Assembly: GCA_012690745.1 (NCBI GenBank)
Contig: GCA_012690745.1_4086.1
Strand: one strand, 5' to 3'
Length of the DNA: 64,000 nt
Source: a phage
Part shown: positions 11,901 to 20,210 of the stretch, one piece after another
Layout of the letters: each line of letters begins with the position of its first letter
Position numbering within the stretch: position 1 is the first letter of the stretch
Notes under the pieces: model-generated
Told to the model about the DNA's origin: nothing
What the model saw: the letters and a program-made list of their open reading frames with translations, nothing else
Database searches by the model: none
Made by a program: the position numbers and the translations under genes

Positions 11901-12955
11901 TTAGGGAATACGTTAACACTAGTTTTTGATTGTGCACGAACCCACAAAGATCCATTCCAGTACATAGAACTATTACCATACTCATTACCTTTAGTGATTA
12001 GAACAACATCACCATCTTGAGGTTCACCACTTGGGCGTGATTCGGTTTCTTCTTCTGGATCTAGTGCTAAACCATAAACACGAGTACCATCTTGCATTTT
12101 TTTCACATATACATTATAAATTCTATTGTTTTCACCATTGTTACCAATACTGGTGAATAGAATACGCATTCCATCTTGCGGAATAATACCATCAATACGT
12201 ATACCACTATTAATATCTTTTTGAACGATATCTTCAGGTTTAATAATATCAGAGAACAGATCAACAGTTCCACGGAATTTTGTACCGTAGTTAATTAGCT
12301 CAATATTTTTATTATATTCAATAATTGGTGCACGTGCACGAATAAAACGTGAATCTTGCATTAATTCTTCAGTTAATATTGAGCCATCTTCTAATGTTTC
12401 ACCTAAAGTATACCAAAAGTTTTGTAGTGACCATGTATTACCATTAAGTGCTCCACGTTCCATTACAATGTAATCAGGTGAAGTAATATTATAAGAGTTT
12501 TTAGTATCCCAAAGATATGAGCTAAAATTGTTCATTTTATTTGGGTTAATAGCTGGAGTCCATGCATAAAACTTACCGTTGAACAAACGGCTTTCATTAT
12601 CGGTTAGTGCTCCATAATGATTCATGTATCCAACTAGATCATCATAAAATTGAATTGAACGAATTGTCGAATCATCATTTTTTGAGACGTAAGCAGTGGA
12701 CAACTGATAAAGTTGACGTGCTACAGTACTTTCATGTAAGAAGATATTACCAGCAGCGGCAGGAGAACCCATATCACCAATATAGCCGTCAACTAATTCG
12801 TTTTCAGCCGGATTAAACCATTGTTGAATAACATCATCACTGACTTTTTGAATATCTTCTAAGCCTTGCATCCACTCAGGCAATCTTTTAATAAAAAGCT
12901 TCTTCTGTACTGCTTCAGCCATCTGTGTAGGTTGAAACTTAAAATTATTAGTCAT
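2984..12955 (-). CDS. Giant virion structural protein (~3,320 aa), probably baseplate-wedge/tail-fiber (gp7 position)
   Basis: Uninterrupted 10 kb ORF immediately downstream of the gp6-like gene. The internal ATG at 12955 is preceded by GGAG with a 7-nt spacer; the track ORF start is 12985. Function inferred from position only. Confidence 0.6.
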   Translation of the reverse strand: MTNNFKFQPTQMAEAVQKKLFIKRLPEWMQGLEDIQKVSDDVIQQWFNPAENELVDGYIGDMGSPAAAGNIFLHESTVARQLYQLSTAYVSKNDDSTIRSIQFYDDLVGYMNHYGALTDNESRLFNGKFYAWTPAINPNKMNNFSSYLWDTKNSYNITSPDYIVMERGALNGNTWSLQNFWYTLGETLEDGSILTEELMQDSRFIRARAPIIEYNKNIELINYGTKFRGTVDLFSDIIKPEDIVQKDINSGIRIDGIIPQDGMRILFTSIGNNGENNRIYNVYVKKMQDGTRVYGLALDPEEETESRPSGEPQDGDVVLITKGNEYGNSSMYWNGSLWVRAQSKTSVNVFPKFQLYDRNGIKLDNSTTYPSSNFKGSELFGFKINYNYATDSVYGYNIELGDYNYYIYENFLQSQRYTYDHLGKEVEIDGLYYYNIIDENNEMNLQTDWVRSEEYSKQFVKQTPQVQRTDMYRVFSTVYDMEVFKEPVDGMYAYVIEVDRTYQYYKADRETYLDWHPITGDGVQIVKYDHTFELAQKVLDNDSDIIEVVVDGVDVSKYTKNVSKGQVQSITLDSTVELDEDSVIQIRTYSSTVTPNKELGAYEVPINLQNNPYNSNIIYINQGDYTLHFQDIIQKNITRGSSDDFNDYEERLAKGLVNNGVGTKIIQNEASMLPLMAHTANEDIDLFEATMFMQSEYFRFINKFNTQMLRMYDENPSDFLQNSAANIVDAILTTINMGRDSSFPFYYDNVGSTSGFIRAFIPPTPQFLGILQAYVPEKATFLTAGSKPSCYNISHTGIISKAYRVINGVDKMDDVVYELENRIFNSIDNKFKDVDYVPVLNSDDLFPTPYFTKTEYSAEEKQTLLLRGYINFTATNGISNSTHDYDPNNWRTWNYTGTYYVVNGQSTEIPARGSWRAIYTDQYGTYRPATHPWEMFGFTQRPTWWNQEYEPTAVQVGERDSDVVYVYEALVMNEQGDLVPSGLWDIDGTIGDSSTGTILFGDRRGQYDKYKRFGVQPFKITKTGNKTSSGIDICVVEYIAPEILGLVSGSLNHRAEPWTYGDMGDMEFTYMNTTLFAYDQMMLLYKAKPAQFANYFWDTRNDNLKEVFTDGSQFLYGDTRKRINFDKNTVVHGENSTRTIGYQMFVSDHLMYQNKNITTKYGDVVRSSYINVGHKIGGFTKADQLTFNAKSFGLISQENQTIGLVRSNNIRDEQMSAIKITWNGSAYQIDGYDLVGAKFKYKLPVKNGRKVTLKLENRNVVHYNEWKSEASIEYGKVFNSYQEVYTFICGYGEYLKEHGWIFEDVNDSGAQQDWNTIAKDFVIWSQNSLVTGEFISCTPSAANAKFGADFGSVQSITQNNGGVWSLLDDNNQGIRQYEIETSRIGNIFTVRTLESNKRIALIRLSLCSYEHAVIFDDKTIFGDYIYQPTYGSIQELIKMYGYITGSWTGRLQAPGFIILEAGTLPSFEKLVSDFQHYYDSETPVSDVQLQELSNHLIGYQSRDYLQRMISSDVSRVDFYKGFIHDKGTNQVLERVLRVSKSYDTDEYKALQEWAFKIGTYGNIDGKKNLQFKLINDQFKQQPQMVSFDVNATSNGNGNHIVYFGEQGKDPRWITRPNGKFSFPMRSGRSENIQLPDIGPVTLDEVSYTTKDFSTAYNDRITYTNGKGENPESVWMFKDGNGLWNIFELVDTNVQMVSITPIENTDVYAEQFCKVTLTDNVPLEDGDYYYFVDETNFMPDTLTVESQYYTAGSDPKVMVVPFDTSIDIEFTDPDTRPRLYRYVSRFASTDDRQAYIDKKYSFKAPQSTLFDRPTTYDERTNITELYLNVYDPINGVIPGAAMQNVTYTSPVDPAQYNSNGELIQAWGADKVGQVWWNTSTAFYLDYTRAIYDADGNVDIDATNEYKRYNWGRLLPHSTIDVLEWVCSPVEPYNWDKYCKDVAKKNKNNTMYLPSGTALEDNYSTFLEYDSSTDSYVTKYYFWVRDTIYVPPLHTRTKSCTDIARIIKDPTQLNIPWFAPINENSFILSNMQFKVNDDTSILTVSYYMDSTEVVKHDQYQLCKEGDSYNFNPLIWDSMWNSLIGQETTESGSVINLLYPDVDNGLGSNKTWFQNVIEARRNFVESANNYYRSQNITTNSVVMEDVFNVKTTEVNPNEVSFRVLSYNNELVIAVESDKFKENDAVILSTSGYLPNPLTSSAVYFIHFDENGYIQLMNSPANAGSVVTITLENKGEGQHKMIKQSDYVESLGTSLDMTQYWSYADWYDVGYDSNTTYTQESSLEDANTKNYQVGDIIRVTDSENIWTLYIKSQSRDSIYWKAIGRENSTVELNDMLYADYSVHNDNGSLSNREINVRKALALLKNSFDLHQSEIVFDMVKYVHVEQSVVDWVFKTSYIYIVGLEQSLVQNYSNDNLINQIVEYFEEVKPYRTKIRSQIEQKTSDDDLIKGLCNDLDPNGYIFVDGSWIKTEKDIWDYEYAQFNEITQKWEQVGSLPSDFVTPNRRFQEIDIIMHYDNIQCKPNEDLASINELVSVNNKYQSNEKDAVSNYELQRYIYSFPEYSEETFDLLIAYQMQIYYPELDVTLGTAYGVNQWYKDHAEDLEATDEFTATLERVYKESTHNDMFTDLRQYVQYNTLANRLKLYKDISDEKIHDEVGCGFSGLTYNDNPSTRLPLGFSSSNDYNYGYFEISSELYQKYISLIKDKNPDASDYEVKVKLEVEYGVYVYRYDEVGGDTRFYTDAIHVLAGMRGLFDKDATDKYEKAEEILSKTPIDIYAITMIPRKYVYLNVNGVYQSIPDEQSIDDFMEDYFITNGEMVELAEINLDDLPLDQNNPMYSDYQYILDSITEAKYFNDMNAFDNLALESQTSSIKWEVKDDEVDPYIVDISDINPSGRDVGQIRFTVDGYGFDNVSLVQLRDNSRYQTEGMAIINPYKHTEAIVSIPSYAKIENDINKTTSKFDEKYFYRVRSINSLTEAEIVDNDLSDGDKVMIFTPDGEDFVRYQNHTWETILRVSNIKNNTTPILFTVRNTGKETIELIDESTGAVLRYDNITLAQQNEPVQPLALNIVRVRTFADPEFVKNGIKLYEQNRNYTIDVINYDVFYDITLNGGKYNDGITPDDVDVWIISNEIFDVDGITIDNGYNLPITGAGVLSELARTKMTDSLEINVIEYDSSVIQPFRNNEGIWVYGFPMVDGMYIGVVGGTVTNITTISEENTTYVSQPKSISPYSIRNNVLSGSAANMNDIISIGYEKVEVRNANNLLRGVMYSAEHDFKLNTTYSFNGINLGNYDMLKRYTQNSYTIDLSVYTDSLQVSGNDIKNILLVK

Positions 12956-13003
12956 TTTTGGACTCCATATAATTCGTTCATTCATTTGATTTATTTATGA
13001 TAT

Positions 13004-13027
13004 AAAAAAGGCGTTCCGAAGAACGCC
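13004..13027 (-). terminator. Rho-independent terminator (minus strand) after the gp6-like gene
   Basis: Stem GGCGTTC / GAACGCC with a CGAA loop; on the minus strand it is followed by a U-run (plus-strand A-run 13004-13009). Confidence 0.55.
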
Positions 13028-13034
13028 CGTTATA

Positions 13035-16000
13035 TTAAGAACCGATATTAATATTACTTTTAGCTAGTGAGTTAACAATTTGAACATTTTCAACAGATGC
13101 AGTACTCAAAAATATTTGGTCTGAACGTGAAGGGATTTCAAATAGAGAGCCAAATTTTGAATTTGGATTTTGTGCAACTATAACAATGGTACTAATATGT
13201 CTACCTAACTGTGAGTGTATGTAAGTACACAAATCAGTATAATAGAAACTTTCACCGAAATCCCAGTTGTCAACATTGAAGTATTCATTAGTTAATGCTA
13301 TAACATTTTGACGAATTTCATCGTCACTCATTGTGCTGTTTGGTAATTTCACTACTTTAAAATCAGCTTTGTAATCTTCAGCAGCACTGTTGCCAAATAA
13401 AGGTAAGTACTCAGCACTATGCCAAATAATACTATCACTAATGACTATTTTTTGTTCAACATCTTTGAACATATCTTTCAATTCAACCGATGTAGGTGGT
13501 TTAGGAATACTACCAACAGCATTATTTTTCAACCAAACGTCAACTTCAGTTTTATATGAATTGGTTAATACATACATATCAATTAAGTTTGTTCTACTAG
13601 GATCAATGCGATTGTCGTCAGGTGCATAGTGTTTCCAATGGAAGTCTATACTAGTACGTGCATTAGTTTTAACAGTGTACTGTGAAGTAACATCTTTGTA
13701 TCCATAATAATCTAGCTTCTGATTCTCGTCAGCATTAGTTCCCATGTTATTAATTGCACGATAAAAAGCCAATTCAGGACTAACAGTGCCAGTATCATCG
13801 GAATAAGTTAAATTACTAATTAGCTGTCCTAAACGATCATTGTTATTACCAACTGTTTGTTCAATAAAATAATATTTACCATCATAGTTAAAACCAACTA
13901 AAAATCCAGAACCTTTACTATATAATCCACTCAATGTGGTTGAACGAATTGCGTTATTTCTAACAAATTCAGTTCTTTTATATGCATTCGGCTCTGCCAA
14001 GGCTTGTTCCATTGTATAAGACCACGATGAATCAAGAAGTGTGAAGGTATCATTTGGTAACGACAGTACTGATATAGTGAAATCACTATTTTCCTGAAAT
14101 ACCAAAATACCACCATATTTTAATGCATCGGTTCCAGTCCAAGTAGGAACAATTTCTTTAAATTGGTTTGGTTCCAATGGTATACCATTACTATCTACTT
14201 TCCTAGATGTAACAATAACACGAGAACCATCTAGATAGCCATTCTCTTGTTGAATTGTGTCATAAATTTGAAAATCTATATTACTTGTCAATCCTGAATT
14301 ACTACTACTAGTAGTGTTAGATGATAAAATTTCAATCTTATCACTTTGAACTGTACCAGTACTAATATCAGTAATTTTTTTAGATGATACAAAGTAAAAT
14401 CTTACTTTTTCTCCACCCACAAAAATATATTCAATACCGTTAGCATCAAATTCCCAAGTTTCTGCTGTATATTTTACATTAATTATAATTAAAACTTCAT
14501 TGCCATTATATACAATAGTATCATCATTGGTACTTACTTCAATAGGAACCCATGATGTCGTTTCTTTGTCATGTACAATAACAAAATCAGTTTTTTTATC
14601 TAGCATAGCAGAAATTGCTTGAACTTCAACCGAGTTAAATCTAGTTCTATATGGTAAAATGTACTCTATGGCTTGCATTCCACTTGGAACCGATGTACTC
14701 AGTACATAAAATCCATTATCCAATACACTAACTACACTAGCCCATATAGTAGTTCCAGAATTAGAAAATTTAATTAGAGTACCAACCTGATATGAACCAT
14801 AAACTGTACCAGATGAACCCAAAATTCTACCATATGTGTTAGTTGTATAATTTGAATTGTATACCGGAGTCCATGCTTGTTGTATTTCAATACCAATTGT
14901 ATTTGATGGAAACGCTTGGTAACGTTGTATTACCGCATTTTCACCAATCAATGGTTGAATATTGTCAATAACAATACTAGCATTTGTTTTTGTAGTTGGT
15001 AGTAATAATGACCTATTAAATTGTGTGTTTTCTTGATATAATGCACCATCATCACTAAAAACATCGGTATTTTGATACTTACCAGTAGGATCATTAATAT
15101 CAATAAATCTTGATTGTCCACTATAAATTCTATTAATAGCTTTAGATTTAAGTACAGTATTGCCTAAACTAAGTGGTGCAATATTATAATCTTCACCATT
15201 GACAAAACGGTTTTGTGTATAGTACATTTGTGGTGCACGTGCTTTAATCTGCTCAATAGTCTCTGCACTTTGTGCACGGTCGGACTCATATTGTAATGAA
15301 AAACGTATATCCAATGTACTAGATTCATAACTTGACTGTGTTTTTGTACGATATGTATATTTTACGCTTTTGTTTTGAATTTCAGAAGTTTTAATGTTAT
15401 ATGTTTTACCATTACTAACACGATACCATACGCGGAACGTCCCACGGGGAACAACACCACTTCTTGAGTCTGGATACTTAATTGTTATTTGATCTTTATC
15501 ACGAGTAGTAACAGCAAAAATTGTTTTTAATTGACGATTAACAGTGTTATATGCAATACTTTCCATTGATGGAACTTTTGTCCATTTGGTACGAACAATA
15601 CCATCTTCATTTATTTCTTGAACCCATACATCAGTTTCGTTGATATTATCAACGTTAATATCTTGTATACGGTTCTCTTCACGGATAGCATATTGATAAT
15701 CTTGATATGTCAATGTACCTTGTACGAAATATACAAAAAAACCAGTATTTGGTGAGCTAAATCCATTACCATCATTTTGATAAACAATATATTTTTGCTC
15801 TTGTGGTTCTGGATGTCGTTCTTCAACACCAACAGACGTAATATCAGGATTCACTACTTCAAATGTCATAGATTCACCATTGACAGTTGCAATAAATGGA
15901 ATACTGGGTGCTGTCATTGGGATGGTGTTCATTCGATATAGTTGACGGGAGACACCATTAACATCAATACGCTTGACTGGATTACCAAATTGGTTAGTAC

Positions 16001-16496
16001 TGACAAATGAACTGTTCATTACTAGAATGAAGTTTTCATACCAGTTAGCATCCATCGGGTCATTCCAACGAATGATTTTATCTTTTAATGATTCATTAAA
16101 ACTATTACGAACATCTTGGTTTGTTTTAATTTCGGTTAATTTAGCAACTGCACGACCTGGATATGAGCGGCGTGGTGAGTAAGAAATCATTTTAGCTAGT
16201 TTTAGTACTGATGCACGACGAGTTGCAGTATCTAAAAAGTTTTCACGTGTGTTCAAATCCATACGAAATGCCAAGTTCTGCCCTAGCATAGAAATCGTAT
16301 CTAAAATAAAAATAAACTGGTCGTTTTCGATCCAGTCGTTGAATGAGTCTGGGTAAGTTGCACGTAGATAATCAATCATACTCTGACGGATAGTATCGAA
16401 GTCATAAGCTGTAAGATTGATTTTATAAAAACTTTCATATACTTGAGTCCAATCCTCACCAGCGTATAAATTTGATTGCCTTTTTTGTTGTGACAT
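13035..16496 (-). CDS. Baseplate wedge protein, gp6/gpJ-like (1153 aa)
   Basis: N-terminal region (ENFLDTATRRASVLKLAKMISYSP) resembles the T4 gp6 N-terminus (ESFMRTANLRSSVVQAAQDNGYLP as recalled). Conserved order gp25-like then gp6-like. Confidence 0.65.
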   Translation of the reverse strand: MSQQKRQSNLYAGEDWTQVYESFYKINLTAYDFDTIRQSMIDYLRATYPDSFNDWIENDQFIFILDTISMLGQNLAFRMDLNTRENFLDTATRRASVLKLAKMISYSPRRSYPGRAVAKLTEIKTNQDVRNSFNESLKDKIIRWNDPMDANWYENFILVMNSSFVSTNQFGNPVKRIDVNGVSRQLYRMNTIPMTAPSIPFIATVNGESMTFEVVNPDITSVGVEERHPEPQEQKYIVYQNDGNGFSSPNTGFFVYFVQGTLTYQDYQYAIREENRIQDINVDNINETDVWVQEINEDGIVRTKWTKVPSMESIAYNTVNRQLKTIFAVTTRDKDQITIKYPDSRSGVVPRGTFRVWYRVSNGKTYNIKTSEIQNKSVKYTYRTKTQSSYESSTLDIRFSLQYESDRAQSAETIEQIKARAPQMYYTQNRFVNGEDYNIAPLSLGNTVLKSKAINRIYSGQSRFIDINDPTGKYQNTDVFSDDGALYQENTQFNRSLLLPTTKTNASIVIDNIQPLIGENAVIQRYQAFPSNTIGIEIQQAWTPVYNSNYTTNTYGRILGSSGTVYGSYQVGTLIKFSNSGTTIWASVVSVLDNGFYVLSTSVPSGMQAIEYILPYRTRFNSVEVQAISAMLDKKTDFVIVHDKETTSWVPIEVSTNDDTIVYNGNEVLIIINVKYTAETWEFDANGIEYIFVGGEKVRFYFVSSKKITDISTGTVQSDKIEILSSNTTSSSNSGLTSNIDFQIYDTIQQENGYLDGSRVIVTSRKVDSNGIPLEPNQFKEIVPTWTGTDALKYGGILVFQENSDFTISVLSLPNDTFTLLDSSWSYTMEQALAEPNAYKRTEFVRNNAIRSTTLSGLYSKGSGFLVGFNYDGKYYFIEQTVGNNNDRLGQLISNLTYSDDTGTVSPELAFYRAINNMGTNADENQKLDYYGYKDVTSQYTVKTNARTSIDFHWKHYAPDDNRIDPSRTNLIDMYVLTNSYKTEVDVWLKNNAVGSIPKPPTSVELKDMFKDVEQKIVISDSIIWHSAEYLPLFGNSAAEDYKADFKVVKLPNSTMSDDEIRQNVIALTNEYFNVDNWDFGESFYYTDLCTYIHSQLGRHISTIVIVAQNPNSKFGSLFEIPSRSDQIFLSTASVENVQIVNSLAKSNINIGS

Positions 16497-16563
16497 AATT
16501 TATTCCTTTAAATCAGTAAAGTACTAGTTCAGTACTGGGAATTATATATAGAAATATTTATTC

Positions 16564-16592
16564 AAAAAGAAAAGCACTCCGAAGAGTGCTTT
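16564..16592 (-). terminator. Hairpin with U-tract on the minus strand between the gp25-like and gp6-like genes (partial terminator or attenuator)
   Basis: Stem AAAGCACTC / GAGTGCTTT with a CGAA loop, then a U-rich tract on the minus strand. Confidence 0.4.
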
Positions 16593-16597
16593 TGTAA

Positions 16598-16993
16598 TTA
16601 TAAAGACGATACTGAATATGTTGCCATTCTGTTATTACTTCTTGCATCGAATACAATAGTAAGTTCTTCTAATGTATCCAATACTACGTACTGTAATACA
16701 ATATTCATTTGGTATCCATATTCTATTCTTGAAATTTGCAATTTCTTAAGATTTAAGCGTGGATCTAAGCTAATTATTCTACGGGCATCTGCTTCCAAAA
16801 GGTTGATAGTATTATAACCTTCCAATTCAAACAGCAAATCCCATGCAATAAAACCATAGTCAGCATCAAATGCTCTTTCGCCTTTTTTTGTATTGAAATG
16901 ATTCATTAAATCTTGGCGAACCAATTCACTATCATACAATGTTTCAGTTCTACCCACTACTGGGGTAGAAAAACCTTTAAAAACAACTGCCAT
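16598..16993 (-). CDS. Baseplate wedge protein gp25/gpW-like (131 aa)
   Basis: Size, and position between the lysozyme and gp6-like genes. ERAFDADYG-type motif typical of the gp25/GPW family. Confidence 0.6.
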   Translation of the reverse strand: MAVVFKGFSTPVVGRTETLYDSELVRQDLMNHFNTKKGERAFDADYGFIAWDLLFELEGYNTINLLEADARRIISLDPRLNLKKLQISRIEYGYQMNIVLQYVVLDTLEELTIVFDARSNNRMATYSVSSL

Positions 16994-17008
16994 TGACTAT
17001 TTCCTTTA

Positions 17009-17497
17009 TTATACGGATTCAACAATACGTGCCATCTTTTCCGCTCTTGAAGTGGTTTGTTTATACCATGTACTATCACGCAATTCCTTACCAGCAGTTT
17101 TATAATCAGCCTTACCTAATGCGGTCATTGCTTTTTTAAATTTTAAAACTTTGGTTTTTCCCATCTGGAATACCATCAACCATAATACACGTTGAACCTG
17201 TACAGGTGCGGTCATACCAAATTGTTCATAAATTGATTTTGCATCATTGTACGCAGTTTGAGCATCTTTAAGAAGAAGTTGGTCAGCTTGTGCTTCTGTT
17301 AAACCATTCTTGAAATTTTCACCAGGTAAAACTAGGTGACCATAGCCAATAGTATCAAGACCTAAGCTGTCTTTATATACCCAAAACTTATCATTTTTAA
17401 AATAACCAAGTTTTTTCTGATAAGCAATAGTTCCTTCAAATTCTTTAATTTCCTTAAAAAATTGCTCATCTGTATTTTTAATTTCCCATTTACTCAT
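17009..17497 (-). CDS. T4-type lysozyme (glycoside hydrolase family 24), stand-alone
   Basis: EFEG...KDSLGLDTIGYGHL matches the T4 lysozyme catalytic Glu/Asp/Thr arrangement. Strongly similar to the C-terminal domain of the upstream spike protein. Confidence 0.8.
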   Translation of the reverse strand: MSKWEIKNTDEQFFKEIKEFEGTIAYQKKLGYFKNDKFWVYKDSLGLDTIGYGHLVLPGENFKNGLTEAQADQLLLKDAQTAYNDAKSIYEQFGMTAPVQVQRVLWLMVFQMGKTKVLKFKKAMTALGKADYKTAGKELRDSTWYKQTTSRAEKMARIVESV

Positions 17498-17533
17498 AAA
17501 GATATCCTCGTTTTATTTATAGTACTAAAATAT

Positions 17534-20197
17534 TTATTGACATGCCTCTAAACGACGAGCCATTAACTCAGCACGGCGAGTAGTTTGGCGATACCAAGCT
17601 GAATTACGTATTTGAGCAGCAGCTTGTTTATAATTACCTTTAGCTAATTCAGACAACATAGTTTTAAATTTAAGTACCCCACCTTTACCCATCTGGAATA
17701 CCATTTGGCATAGTACTTGTTGAGCCAAATAAGGTGTTTTCATGTTGTATGAAGCATAAATTGATTTAGCATCATATATAGCTTTACTACTATCACGAAC
17801 TAACATATCGTTGGCTTGCTGTTCAGTTATTCCATCTGAAAAGTTTTCACCACTAATAATTAAGTGACCATAACCAATAGTTGGATACCCACGACTATCC
17901 AAATAACGCCAGAATTTACCATTACGATAATATCCTTTTGCTTGTTGGTATTGTAATGTACCTTCATATTCTTTTAATTCAGAAATAAATTGTGCATCAC
18001 CTGGAACAACTTTCCAATCGATTGCAGTTTTATCAACATTTCCAATATTATAGGTAGGTTGCTCCACCGGAGTTGTTGAAGCTCCACTTCTCTGTGTTCT
18101 TCTCCTACGAGGCACATGACGAGAACCACGTTGAGAATATCCAGTACCTATCGTTTTGATTTTTGTTGTAACTACCAATTCATCACTATCAACTGAAGGT
18201 TGTACAACTGCTTTTGGAGCAGATTGATTAGTTGCTTGACCACCAATTAATGTTTTATTCGCCGCATCAGACCCTGTTCCTGTTTGTGAAGCATAAAATA
18301 ATCCTGGGTCAACAGAACCACTGAATCCAAGAACATTTGCTGATGTAACACGAATTTCAAACTGTATGACACCATTTGCTTTTCCAACAACTTGACCTTT
18401 TTGAACAACATCTTTGTTTAATAAATCAGATTGAATATTATAAAAAATAGATTTATATCCAGACTTATGTTGTATTAAAAGAGCACCATTAGTAATTACT
18501 ACCACACCACCATCTGGTGCAACTACATCACCTTTACATTGTATTTCCCAACCTGAACGGTCTGCCTTTCCTCCACTTTGTGTTGGAACACCTTTCCCCC
18601 AGTAACCATATTGTCGAATAGTACCGCTACATGGCATTAACATATGTAAACCTTCATATGTAATACTATATCCAGTCATCCCAGGATCAGATGTCATCAA
18701 ATCTTGTGATTGAACTTGTTCAGTTTCTGATGTATAGTTAACAAACTGAACAGCTTCAGTGTCTTGTGCTACGGGTAATTCTGGTGATACATCATTTGCT
18801 GGTTGTGGTTGTACTGGTGATTCACTAGAACCACTTCCACCACCTTGTCTTGGTGGTTCAACATAACTACCATGATTTTCAGCGTTAACCCATGCAGCGA
18901 TATCATGAATGTGTTCATTAAGACCAGCAGATGGTGTTCTAAAGTTTGGTGCAGTAAATTCAGCAGTACCGCTATTACCACCACTATTAACTGTTAATGT
19001 TTGACCACCACCACTAATAATTGCTGATGATGATCCAATTAGGTTTGCAGATGTTGCGGCAGAAATAGAAGCATTTGAACCAGCCGTAATATCAGTACTG
19101 CTACCACTTTGCATACGTAATGATGCAGCCGTAACTAAACGAAGGTCTGCCCCAGAATTAACAACAACTTGTCCACCAACTTTTGCATCAAGAGCACCAA
19201 TTAGATCTAATTTAGTATTTGCACCAACTCGTGCATTGAAATCTTGTCCGGTTTCAATATTATATGAACGTCCAGCAGTAATATTAATATCTTGACCAGC
19301 ACGAATATTAATATTCTTATCACAGTGCATGTCAATATCACCTTCACCAGTGAATTTTATACGTGCAGTGCCATCACGGTTAATTAAAAGAACATCACCA
19401 GTAGCTTCTGATAAAAGAAGTTGTGCACCACTACGTGTTTTTATTACGACACCTTCATTTTTACGAGAACCAACACGTGTATCGTTTACTGGGTTATTAA
19501 ATTGTGTATCTTGATATCCATCTGGGTCTTGATCCCACGTTGGTGCTGTTAATTCCTCTTCAGTATATCCATCATCAATAATAAAACTATTACCACGTGG
19601 CGAAGACATACCATATACAGTACTGGTGGTTTGTCGAGTACTACTACGATTCGCCAACCCAGCTTCTTCGTCATATAAAAGGTTTTGCTTTTTAAGACCT
19701 GCGATGATTGGAACGTTAGCATATTTGTCTTGCATATCGGTAGTGATAGTGTTACGATCATAGTCAGTAACAGGAAGTGGCATATCAGTTCCACCATAAT
19801 TACTTACTTCAGTTGCCATACCCGGAACCATAGTATTCATACGCTGGTCATATACACAACCAATCCAATATGCTTGGAATGTACGGGCTTGTGCAAAAAT
19901 TACAACAACTGTACACCCTACGTCTGGTGGTACTGCCCAAAAACCGTATCCTTTTGGATATTGACCATATGCATCAGCACTTGGAATACCTGGTGTTTTA
20001 CCAGCAAAAGGAGACATGTAAGATGCTTCTATCCATGATTCTTTTGAGTTTTTATCACTTTGAGAACCTTGTATCCAAACTTTCAGTTTTCCTGATTTAG
20101 TTGGATCTCTGTTATCCATAACAGTTGCTAACTGCGGATAAGATGGGTCAAAACGACCCAACTGCTGTTGTGCATACTTTTTACTTGTATCTGCCAT
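17534..20197 (-). CDS. Baseplate central spike (gp5-like) with C-terminal T4-lysozyme domain
   Basis: N-terminus ATVMDNRDPTKSGKLKVWIQG resembles the gp5/VgrG OB-fold start. Gly/Ser-rich repetitive middle region. C-terminal ~165 aa (EYEGT...LDSRGYPTIGYGHL) is a GH24 lysozyme domain. Confidence 0.7.
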   Translation of the reverse strand: MADTSKKYAQQQLGRFDPSYPQLATVMDNRDPTKSGKLKVWIQGSQSDKNSKESWIEASYMSPFAGKTPGIPSADAYGQYPKGYGFWAVPPDVGCTVVVIFAQARTFQAYWIGCVYDQRMNTMVPGMATEVSNYGGTDMPLPVTDYDRNTITTDMQDKYANVPIIAGLKKQNLLYDEEAGLANRSSTRQTTSTVYGMSSPRGNSFIIDDGYTEEELTAPTWDQDPDGYQDTQFNNPVNDTRVGSRKNEGVVIKTRSGAQLLLSEATGDVLLINRDGTARIKFTGEGDIDMHCDKNINIRAGQDINITAGRSYNIETGQDFNARVGANTKLDLIGALDAKVGGQVVVNSGADLRLVTAASLRMQSGSSTDITAGSNASISAATSANLIGSSSAIISGGGQTLTVNSGGNSGTAEFTAPNFRTPSAGLNEHIHDIAAWVNAENHGSYVEPPRQGGGSGSSESPVQPQPANDVSPELPVAQDTEAVQFVNYTSETEQVQSQDLMTSDPGMTGYSITYEGLHMLMPCSGTIRQYGYWGKGVPTQSGGKADRSGWEIQCKGDVVAPDGGVVVITNGALLIQHKSGYKSIFYNIQSDLLNKDVVQKGQVVGKANGVIQFEIRVTSANVLGFSGSVDPGLFYASQTGTGSDAANKTLIGGQATNQSAPKAVVQPSVDSDELVVTTKIKTIGTGYSQRGSRHVPRRRRTQRSGASTTPVEQPTYNIGNVDKTAIDWKVVPGDAQFISELKEYEGTLQYQQAKGYYRNGKFWRYLDSRGYPTIGYGHLIISGENFSDGITEQQANDMLVRDSSKAIYDAKSIYASYNMKTPYLAQQVLCQMVFQMGKGGVLKFKTMLSELAKGNYKQAAAQIRNSAWYRQTTRRAELMARRLEACQ

Positions 20198-20210
20198 AAT
20201 ATTTTATTCC

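Noticed and set aside
5920-12816. Many 60-90 aa ORFs on both strands inside the giant structural gene (for example 5920-6114, 7826-8095, 10776-11015, 12607-12816)
   Set aside because: All are embedded in or antisense to the continuous 10-kb reading frame; they are frame or strand shadows in AT-rich sequence.
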